Assembly: GCA_000270325.1 (NCBI GenBank)
Contig: BA000048.1
Coordinates: 187,041 to 211,040 of the forward strand
Direction: 5' to 3'
Origin: Candidatus Caldarchaeum subterraneum
Lineage (GTDB): Archaea; Thermoproteota; Nitrososphaeria_A; Caldarchaeales; Caldarchaeaceae
DNA length: 24,000 bases
Below are positions 9,218 to 16,171 of the stretch, piece by piece (position 1 is the stretch's first letter; the number at the start of each line of letters is the position of its first letter). The translations under genes were made by a program, and so were the position numbers. The notes below the pieces were generated by a model. It saw only the letters and a list, made by a program, of their open reading frames with translations, did not search any database and was not told the DNA's origin.

Positions 9218-9312
9218 GCCCCGGTAGCTCAGACTGGGAGAGAGAAACAAAAGTTTCCTCCAACGCCCGGCTGAAGACCGGGATGTCGGCGGTTCAAGTC
9301 CGCCCCGGGGCA
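9218..9312 (+). tRNA. tRNA-Phe (anticodon GAA) with a 21-nt noncanonical intron (9243..9263) between positions 24 and 25
   Basis: Exons join to GCCCCGG-TA-GCTC-AGACTGGGA-GAGC-G-CCCGG-CTGAAGA-CCGGG-ATGTC-GGCGG-TTCAAGT-CCGCC-CCGGGGC-A (74 nt, fully folded). The intron AGAAACAAAAGTTTCCTCCAA sits in a bulge-helix-bulge arrangement (see finding). Confidence 0.93.
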
Positions 9313-9472
9313 AACTTGATTTTCGCCATGTGTTCTTCACGCCACCTCAACCAAGCTGGAAAACGAAAAACTATACGATTTTTGGTCGGGTGCTGTTTTG
9401 AACCCTCCTAACTCCCGTGTATGAAATTTGGGTTTTCCCAGACTGGTACTCTGGCCCAGGGTCGAGAGGTTC

Positions 9473-10273
9473 TCAGTCTGTTAGATATCCGCCGTCTACG
9501 ACTAATACTGAACCATTCACGTAGCTTGATAGATCTGAGGCTAGGAAAAGTATGACCCTCGCCACTTCGTCTGGTTCTCCCAACCTTTTCAAAGGTATGC
9601 GTGATATGAAATTCATACCTGTGATGAAGAATCCGAGCTGGAGTCTTTTGAGGGCTTCGTTCCTGACCTTATCTGTCCCGGGTGTATGAATTCCACCGGG
9701 CATAACGGCGTTGACCCTGAAGCCCTTTCCTCCATATTCACGTGCCAGAGCCCTGGTCAGTCCGACGAGGCCGATTTTGCTGACGCCGTAGTGGGTCAGG
9801 CCTTTGACTAGATGGATGACGGCCTCGATAGAGCTGACGTTTACTATCACACCACCCCTATCACCACGCGTTCTAACCATGTGCTGGCACATGTAGAACA
9901 CGGACTTCAAGTTCACATCGAGAGTTCTCTCAAGAAAATCCTCATCAACTTCTAAGAAGTCGCGGAACTCGTATATGCCCGCGTTATTAACCAGAATGTC
10001 CGGAGCCCGCTCCTTCAGGCCGGCCCATAGTTCGTCTATCTCCCTCTTCCTGGACAGGTCTGCTTTTTTCGCCTCAACTTCAACCCCATATCTATCTTTG
10101 ATGGCTGAGGCGACGCTCGTTAGGGAGGGCTCGTTGATGTCCACGAGAACCAGGCTGGCGCCAGCCTCTGCAAACCTCTCCGAGACCGACCTCCCTATCC
10201 CCGAAGCAGCCCCAGTAACCAATGCTTTTCTACCTTTCAGAGAAATTAACTCGGTCAAAGGGGGTGAAGACAT
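9473..10273 (-). CDS. Short-chain dehydrogenase/reductase (SDR)
   Basis: 266 aa; GRKALVTGAASGIGRSV, DILVNNAGIY, VIVNVSSIEA...HYGVSKIGLVGLTRALAREYGGKGFRVNAVMPGGI, FLASDLSSYVNGSVLVVDGGY. Confidence 0.95.
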   Translation of the reverse strand: MSSPPLTELISLKGRKALVTGAASGIGRSVSERFAEAGASLVLVDINEPSLTSVASAIKDRYGVEVEAKKADLSRKREIDELWAGLKERAPDILVNNAGIYEFRDFLEVDEDFLERTLDVNLKSVFYMCQHMVRTRGDRGGVIVNVSSIEAVIHLVKGLTHYGVSKIGLVGLTRALAREYGGKGFRVNAVMPGGIHTPGTDKVRNEALKRLQLGFFITGMNFISRIPLKRLGEPDEVARVILFLASDLSSYVNGSVLVVDGGYLTD

Positions 10274-10524
10274 GAGATTACCCCAATATTTTGTATACGA
10301 TGTTTAATAAGAATGTTTCAACCGCAACATCTAACAAGCGGCCCAGCCACAATCTCGCGAATTCAATTATTTTGTGCATGCTTATGGTTCATTTTTTTAA
10401 TGGACCTGGAAAAGTTAGTCATGTTTTCGACGCATGTGTTTGGAAAAATGGAGCTGGGTTAAAGATTATTGGTTGGTCTTGTGTTGTGGTTTTTGTGAGA
10501 GAGGTTGTTTCGGTGGATTGTTTG

Positions 10525-11043
10525 ATGTCGCCTATTGGTTTGGTTTGTTTCGCTTCTACGAGGCGTGGTGTTTTTAGGGTGGTGTGGGGTGTGGGTATGA
10601 ATGCATTTGTCAGGGTCCTCGTTAGGGAGGGAGTCGTTGTTGGGGACGGGGCTGCAGAGGTTAATGATTTGGTCAAGAGACAGCTTGGGGAGTATTTCGA
10701 GGGTGTGAGGCGGGTCTTTAATGTACCGATTGACCTCCGTGTTGCCGGTTTCGCGGGGAAGGTGTTGAACGTTGTCGCCTCCATCCCTTTCGGGGAGGTG
10801 CGGAGCTATAGAGATGTGGCTGTTTCTGTGGGCAGTCCAAAAGCGTACAGGGCTGTTGGAAACGCGGTCGCCCGCAACCCTGTCCCGATAATTATACCTT
10901 GCCACCGAGTAGTGAAATCCGACGGCTCAATCGGACTCTACGGGGGCGATGAGAACGTTAAGGCTTGGCTTCTACGCCACGAAGGAATAACATTATTACC
11001 TGAGAGGTTGCCAGCACTAGCGCGTCTCAAAATAGTAAAATGA
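10525..11043 (+). CDS. ogt: Methylated-DNA--protein-cysteine methyltransferase
   Basis: VLNVVASIPFGEVRSYRDVAVSVGSPKAYRAVGNAVARNPVPIIIPCHRVVKSDGSIGLYGG contains the PCHRV active site. The track ORF begins at 10291, but MSPIGLVCFASTRRGVF at 10525 is a plausible start; the precise start is uncertain. Confidence 0.88.
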   Translation: MSPIGLVCFASTRRGVFRVVWGVGMNAFVRVLVREGVVVGDGAAEVNDLVKRQLGEYFEGVRRVFNVPIDLRVAGFAGKVLNVVASIPFGEVRSYRDVAVSVGSPKAYRAVGNAVARNPVPIIIPCHRVVKSDGSIGLYGGDENVKAWLLRHEGITLLPERLPALARLKIVK

Positions 11044-11055
11044 CATGCCGTCATC

Positions 11056-11334
11056 CTAGGTATGTCCATCTCTCGTTTTCTGCCTCGATAGCAGGGCTAC
11101 TCCGGCCACGAGACCGGCCATCCATATCGCCAAGTCGATTGCTAATATGGTTGTGTCCACTGTCCAGTGGTCGGTCGCACCCACTATCGTGACGACCGTG
11201 TGGACTGCATATGTTAATGGTATGCCGTAGCGTATGTGGACGTTGTCGGGCCATTCATAGAGCTGTCCGATTGTGAGGGCTGCTATGGCTGCGACAGACC
11301 ATGATATGGCGAAGACTGTCAGGCGGATGTTCAA
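11056..11334 (-). CDS. Small membrane protein of unknown function (about 3 TM)
   Basis: 92 aa with hydrophobic segments VFAISWSVAAIAALTI, YAVHTVVTIVGA and LAIDLAIWMAGLVAGVALL. ATGA-type overlap with the upstream SelW-like gene. Confidence 0.55.
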   Translation of the reverse strand: MNIRLTVFAISWSVAAIAALTIGQLYEWPDNVHIRYGIPLTYAVHTVVTIVGATDHWTVDTTILAIDLAIWMAGLVAGVALLSRQKTRDGHT

Positions 11335-11585
11335 CCATTTAGCCTCTTATCAACCTGTTCAGCTATCTCATCTAGTGTTGGGAATCTTCGCGCCTCGTGG
11401 CGTGAGAAGATTCTTTCTCCATCTATGTAGACTTCGAAGGTTCCGCCGTCGCTTGTGTCAAGGGTGACCGAGAATTTCTTGTTGAGCCTTTGACCGTATC
11501 GGCTGAGAAGGTTTTTGGCCAGCTCTAGAGCAGTCGGTAGATGGCCGCATGGCACACAGTAAACTATTCGCACGTTCACGCCCAT
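11331..11585 (-). CDS. Rdx/SelW-family redox protein (Cys form)
   Basis: 84 aa; VRIVYCVPCGHLPTALELAKNLLSRYG...FEVYIDGERIFSRHEARRFPTLDEI resembles selenoprotein W-like proteins with CxxC. Confidence 0.8.
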   Translation of the reverse strand: MGVNVRIVYCVPCGHLPTALELAKNLLSRYGQRLNKKFSVTLDTSDGGTFEVYIDGERIFSRHEARRFPTLDEIAEQVDKRLNG

Positions 11586-11725
11586 GTTTTCGTATGCTAG
11601 AATTTAGAGTTGTAGCTTTTTCCAAAAATGCGCTTGATGAGGTTGTGGATTTATGGGTCGTTGGTGATTGTGTGTAGAGACTTAGAGGTGGATGTTGGAT
11701 AAACTAAGTTTTGTAGGAAATCGCA

Positions 11726-13630
11726 GTGAGGAAATGTTTACGGGTTTCAAACCTAGCAATGTGCGGAGAAATTATTAATGCCAGAGCATTATTGTATCCG
11801 CTGTTCATGGTCCTGTTTTTGAAAATGGCCGCAGCTGTCTTGATGGCCTTGGTGTTAAGCTATTACAACGCACATGTTGGTGATGGAGACTGGCCCAACA
11901 TGAATCATGACCCATATGGGACAAACTACAGTCCTCAGCAAAAAATTACCAAAGATAATGTAAACCGTTTAGATGTAGTCTGGAGTATTGAGATTCCTAG
12001 GTTTATGGATGGGCTGGGCTACGGTGTCATAGGACCGCCCCTAGTTATTGACGGAGTGGTTTACCTCGCTACAAACACACCGTCAATATTGGCAGTGGAA
12101 GCATCAAACGGGAGAATCCTCTGGGAATACAGGCCTAGGCTACAAAAAATTCCTTTAACACCTCCACACATCCATGGCATAAACTATTACAACGGCTTCA
12201 TACTCTACCCTTCACCAGACTGCTCGATAAAGCTGGTTGACGCATCAACAGGGACCGAAAAAGCCTCAATCGACTCCATATGTGATAACGTGCCGGGAAA
12301 TGCCGGAGATTACTCTGTGGAGGCTGCGCCAGTAATGGACGTTGAACGTAATATAATTGTCTGGGGCCCGAGCGCCGCGGGTGGAACGGCGTCCGGAAGA
12401 GGGTTTGTAGCTGGCTTCTCGCTCAATGGAACGATGTTATGGCGCTTGTTTATCACACCCCCCGCCGGGGGCGACCAACTGTGGGACTTCAGATACGTTG
12501 TCGAACGCGGTGGCAGGTTCTTCGAGGGGCGAGCCAAAGGTAACGTTGAGCCGATGTTAGGGGACTGGGGCGACTTGGGTCTTCGAGACGGTAGGACAAG
12601 AGCTGGAGCGGGTCTATCTTTTGGACACATCTCGGTAGACTCTGAAAGTGGTGTAGCGTATGTGTCGACATCCAACCCGAAGCCTGACTGGAATGCAACA
12701 TACAGGCCTGGTCCAAACCTCTACTCCAGCTCGGTCATAGCCATCAACATCACCACCGGTGATATGCTTTGGTTTTATCAAGTGGTGTCCCATGATTTCT
12801 ATGACCATGACTGTGCATGGAACACAGTTCTAGCAAAAACTCTTAACATGGTCATCAAGGGCTGCAAAAACGGGGAATTGGTGGCGCTAAACGCTTCTAA
12901 CGGTGATTTACTTTGGAGATTCAACCCACAATCACTGGTGAAAACAATTCAACCGAGCATCATGAAGAGGTGGCATAACGACCCCTCTGACCAGAGCTTC
13001 CTACAATGTCCTGGAGCATTTGGCGGAATAGAATCCGATATCGCTCTAGCCTATGGAAAAGTGTTTGTCGCGGTTATGAACCTTTGCACTGTCCATGTTC
13101 CCACGCCAGTGGAACAGTATGGGGAGGTTGTTAAAGGCTCGGTATACAACATCGCTCCAACACCCATCAACACTACGATATATGCCGTCGACCTGTCTAA
13201 TGGTGAGGTGAAGTGGAGTTTCTTCGTAGACTCGGCTTACAGGGGCTGGCTTACGGCCACAGGTGGAATGGTCATAGCATCAACAGTAAACAGGGGGATG
13301 ATTTTCCTTGACGCCGAGACTGGGAAACCTATACATAGCATCAGCTTAGACGGAACCTTGAGAACCGGCGCCGTCGTCGGAAGAGACGGCGAAGGCCGAT
13401 ACGTTATACTTCAGCTAGTCGAAAAACAAGGCCAATTCGGTGAAACAGGCTCTAAACAATTTTTAGTCGCTCTAAGTCTTGGCGAAGAGAGGACAGAACC
13501 TTGGGCTATAACATTGATCTTCATCGCTGCAGCAGTTACCTTGGTTTTCTTAAAACTCCGGCTGAGAAAAAGATGGACAAAGCTAACCCCAGTATCAAGG
13601 CTGCGAAAACATATGGTGCTAAGAGGCTGA
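11726..13630 (+). CDS. PQQ-type quinoprotein (beta-propeller) dehydrogenase-like protein with N-terminal hydrophobic and C-terminal TM segments
   Basis: 634 aa; DWPNMNHDPYGTNYSPQQKITKDNVNRLDVVW, VYLATNTPSILAVEASNGRILWEY, YVSTSNPKPDWNATYRPGPNLYSSSVIAINITTGDMLWFYQVVSHDFYDHDCAWN, NGELVALNASNGDLLW; C-terminal WAITLIFIAAAVTLVFLKLRLRKRW. Start codon uncertain. Confidence 0.85.
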   Translation: MRKCLRVSNLAMCGEIINARALLYPLFMVLFLKMAAAVLMALVLSYYNAHVGDGDWPNMNHDPYGTNYSPQQKITKDNVNRLDVVWSIEIPRFMDGLGYGVIGPPLVIDGVVYLATNTPSILAVEASNGRILWEYRPRLQKIPLTPPHIHGINYYNGFILYPSPDCSIKLVDASTGTEKASIDSICDNVPGNAGDYSVEAAPVMDVERNIIVWGPSAAGGTASGRGFVAGFSLNGTMLWRLFITPPAGGDQLWDFRYVVERGGRFFEGRAKGNVEPMLGDWGDLGLRDGRTRAGAGLSFGHISVDSESGVAYVSTSNPKPDWNATYRPGPNLYSSSVIAINITTGDMLWFYQVVSHDFYDHDCAWNTVLAKTLNMVIKGCKNGELVALNASNGDLLWRFNPQSLVKTIQPSIMKRWHNDPSDQSFLQCPGAFGGIESDIALAYGKVFVAVMNLCTVHVPTPVEQYGEVVKGSVYNIAPTPINTTIYAVDLSNGEVKWSFFVDSAYRGWLTATGGMVIASTVNRGMIFLDAETGKPIHSISLDGTLRTGAVVGRDGEGRYVILQLVEKQGQFGETGSKQFLVALSLGEERTEPWAITLIFIAAAVTLVFLKLRLRKRWTKLTPVSRLRKHMVLRG

Positions 13631-14243
13631 GGTTCCAGAAAAAGTCTTTCACAGAGTCATGAACAATATCAGCTCTTCTGCTGTAGAGTGCAGACCACTG
13701 GGGGAAAACCGTCGCTCCTTGGCCCTCAGCCTCGAATTCTCTAAAGTCCCAGTTCTCGAGCTTAATACGCCAGCCTTCTGAAGTCTGCTTCAAAACATAG
13801 ACAGCATAAGCCCGGCCCACGAATCGGCCGATTATGGAATTATGTCCCTCTATCTCAAGCTCGTATTCGACCCTCGAAGTCCCGTCTCCCATCAAACTAC
13901 TGTTCATCCCAGCCTGTCTCAGAACCACTTTGTCTGAATTAGTTAGCACTGTGGTTAGAAACGCTCTTATGGTGTTAACACCTCTGTAGCGTCCCGCCAA
14001 TCCCCCGCTTTCGCCAGACCAAACTAATTCCGCGTCACCTTCATAGTTGTTGAGAAGCATCGCTACATCCCTTCTGCCGAACGCCTCCAAATGCTCTGAC
14101 ACAAACTCATGAGGAGACTCCCGTAAAGTAGCCGCTGTTCCCGTTGTAATTCCTTTCGGCTGTTGCGTTGTAGCGATTAGGAAAAACGATGCAGCAGCAG
14201 AAACAAACACAATGATCGCCACGACGATGGCCGCTCGCTCCAT
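13536..14243 (-). CDS. Membrane-anchored SnoaL/NTF2-like domain protein with TM segments at both ends
   Basis: 235 aa; N-terminal TM (AAIVVAIIVFVSAAASFFLIA), central EFVSEHLEAFGRRDVAMLLNNYEGDAELVW...RYRGVNTIRAFLTTVL, C-terminal TM (LAPYVFAALILGLALSIFF). TATA-like cttttaaacc at 14272..14281. Confidence 0.65.
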   Translation of the reverse strand: MERAAIVVAIIVFVSAAASFFLIATTQQPKGITTGTAATLRESPHEFVSEHLEAFGRRDVAMLLNNYEGDAELVWSGESGGLAGRYRGVNTIRAFLTTVLTNSDKVVLRQAGMNSSLMGDGTSRVEYELEIEGHNSIIGRFVGRAYAVYVLKQTSEGWRIKLENWDFREFEAEGQGATVFPQWSALYSRRADIVHDSVKDFFWNLSLLAPYVFAALILGLALSIFFSAGVLRKPR

Positions 14244-14504
14244 GCTCGGTTAACAGCTCCTCTCATCCATGCTTTTAAACCACACGCAACAACACATGAA
14301 AAATGAACCAGGCCAAGAAAAAGCAGCATTCTTGAGAACAACTGAAGTTCGTCGTTGTTGTTGGCTATGTATTTCTAAACCTTGTTATCCAGGTTTGTTA
14401 AGGAGTTTTTTGCCAACTGATGTATACCTTTGGGCAGACGTGGCGGTGGTCGCCCTAGCAGAGGCATCGGCATCCAAAGTCAGAAGAAAATGAACAACAC
14501 CCAC

Positions 14505-15113
14505 TCATTTTACTATGAATGCGTTTTCCATCCTTTGAAAGGGATGACCATATCCACAGTATATTTGGCAGTATATCGTGTAGCTTCCAGGTTTGTCTGC
14601 AACAAATCTTAACGACCCGATGGCTTCTGCCGCATCCTGCAAAACCTGCTGGAAATCACGAACCTTGTGTTCTCCACCGAAGCATTTTGAGCATGTATAT
14701 GTTCCCATATTGTATCCTTCTATAAAGAGTCCATGGTCTGAGTAGCCTTCAAGATGTGCTTTGACAATCTCCTGCGATATTCTCGGGTCCCCGGGCGGTA
14801 GCTCTCCTATACCCTTTCTATGGGTCCTGTTTTCATACTCAACGTATCTTCCCTCCCTAGACGATAAAACAGGGTCTCTGATTATTACGTAGGCTGGTAT
14901 AAGGTTGATAACCACTTCATCCCCTCTGTTGACAACCATATATGGGATTTCGTTGAAGTTTTCGTCGTAAAAAACATAGCCCCAATAATAGGCAACAACG
15001 TAGAATGTTTTGAGAGGTCTCAGTTTGAAAGGGCTTTGGTCAAGTGTTAAGGAGGCTGAACCAAATAGTACAGCACCTGCCAAAGCTAGAAGAAGTATCC
15101 GTCTCCCATCCAT
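14505..15113 (-). CDS. Exported CuA-like cupredoxin (COX2/CuA-type domain without TM hairpin)
   Basis: 202 aa; signal/anchor ILLLALAGAVLFGSASL, TFYVVAYYWGYVFYDENFNEIPYMVVNRGDEVVINLIPA, YSDHGLFIEGYN and TIYCQIYCGYGHPFQRMENAFIV (C-x3-C-x3-H...M). Confidence 0.82.
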   Translation of the reverse strand: MDGRRILLLALAGAVLFGSASLTLDQSPFKLRPLKTFYVVAYYWGYVFYDENFNEIPYMVVNRGDEVVINLIPAYVIIRDPVLSSREGRYVEYENRTHRKGIGELPPGDPRISQEIVKAHLEGYSDHGLFIEGYNMGTYTCSKCFGGEHKVRDFQQVLQDAAEAIGSLRFVADKPGSYTIYCQIYCGYGHPFQRMENAFIVK

Positions 15114-15122
15114 TCTCTGGCC

Positions 15123-15599
15123 CTAGCCGCCTCTCTCGAAGTTTTGTCTAGCTTGGTCGAGGAAGCATGGACCCTGCGAACTCTGGCATCGGCCAGAATA
15201 GGCGTCGCAGAAGGTTGCAGCCGGGCATCCTGCGTCTATTGGTTCGTTGAAACAGAACTCCCATGGCTCGACTACACCGTTGGCGCTGCTTCTCGAAAGC
15301 AGCTCACAGAGCCGTGTCCCCATGTCAGGTGTGCATCTGAAAGGTGGTGCCGCTGAAAACCTTGGCTTAATCGAGTTTAGGAGAGTTTGATACTCCGAGT
15401 CTGTGAGCCTGTCTATCTCTTCGTAGACTTCATTGGGTGTTTTTCCGTTTAGCGTAGAGAAAATTGTCTCGAGGCTGGCCGGTTGCTTTTGTCCACCGTT
15501 TGCCGACAACGCTAAGCTTGGTTGGAGCTGGGCGACAGCCAGAATCAAGGCTCCCGCCGCAATCGTGGCGAACAGAACCAAGGACGTTTTGGCTTTCAA
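15123..15599 (-). CDS. Exported Cys-rich protein of unknown function
   Basis: 158 aa from a TTG start; signal peptide SLVLFATIAAGALILAVAQL, then a C-terminal Cys cluster FRCTPDMGTRLCELL...EFCFNEPIDAGCPAATFCDAYSGRCQSSQGPC. TATA-like atttataaat at 15625..15634. Confidence 0.6.
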   Translation of the reverse strand: MKAKTSLVLFATIAAGALILAVAQLQPSLALSANGGQKQPASLETIFSTLNGKTPNEVYEEIDRLTDSEYQTLLNSIKPRFSAAPPFRCTPDMGTRLCELLSRSSANGVVEPWEFCFNEPIDAGCPAATFCDAYSGRCQSSQGPCFLDQARQNFERGG

Positions 15600-16171
15600 A
15601 TTTCACCTTAGTTTATTTACACGTATTTATAAATATTTCCCATCATCATTTTTCTGTCATGGATACCTTCGATTGCCTCGTCGAGAGAATATCTTCCTTC
15701 TTCAGGTTTCATAATTGTTCTCCATTTGAGATTCATATTCTCCATCTCGCTGATTTTAGGGATGTCTCTGAGAGGTATTCTCTTCTAGTGATAGGAATAG
15801 AGTCCGTATATTATCTAGGCTTTCAAGGAATTTCAGGAGAGTTATTGCTGAGTATGGTGATTATATATCGTATTTGTGGTCGCCTATGCTGGAGAGATGA
15901 TAGCTTTGTATGCGTCTAGGAGGGGGTCTGTCCTGAAGGCTCTAGTCGTGTAAGATTGACCTGCTTATTGGTTTGTGCTGAGGACCTTAGAGACCATCAT
16001 GCGGCTGCCGTGGAACATGTCCAAGCTACGGCGAGAACATTTACATTAAGGCTTTTTTATTACACCATAAACAGACAGAGATCAGAACAACACCAAAAAC
16101 TGGATTTAAATATAGCTCCTTATTCTGACACTACTTTTAGACATTAGCAATATTAATATCTAACTGTCCTA

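Noticed and set aside
8662-9411. 249-aa plus-strand ORF
   Set aside because: Antisense to the hypothetical protein and topoisomerase start and runs through tRNA-Phe. Composition is His/Pro/Arg-rich, low-complexity and unprotein-like, consistent with a mirror ORF of a G/T-rich gene.
10291-10524. N-terminal extension of the ogt ORF
   Set aside because: Residues before MSPIGLVCF do not resemble Ogt, and the extension approaches the SDR promoter region. Treated as upstream open sequence, though a start somewhat upstream of 10525 cannot be excluded.
10419-10905. Two minus-strand ORFs (121 and 148 aa)
   Set aside because: Antisense to ogt; Thr/Pro/Asn-rich artefacts of the strongly G/T-rich sense strand.
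12310-12808. Minus-strand ORFs within the quinoprotein gene
   Set aside because: Antisense to a strongly supported beta-propeller CDS, with no recognisable domain.
15464-15919. 151-aa plus-strand ORF
   Set aside because: Overlaps the Cys-rich protein's signal-peptide region antisense and has no coherent domain. The real signal here is the minus-strand gene and possible remnant.
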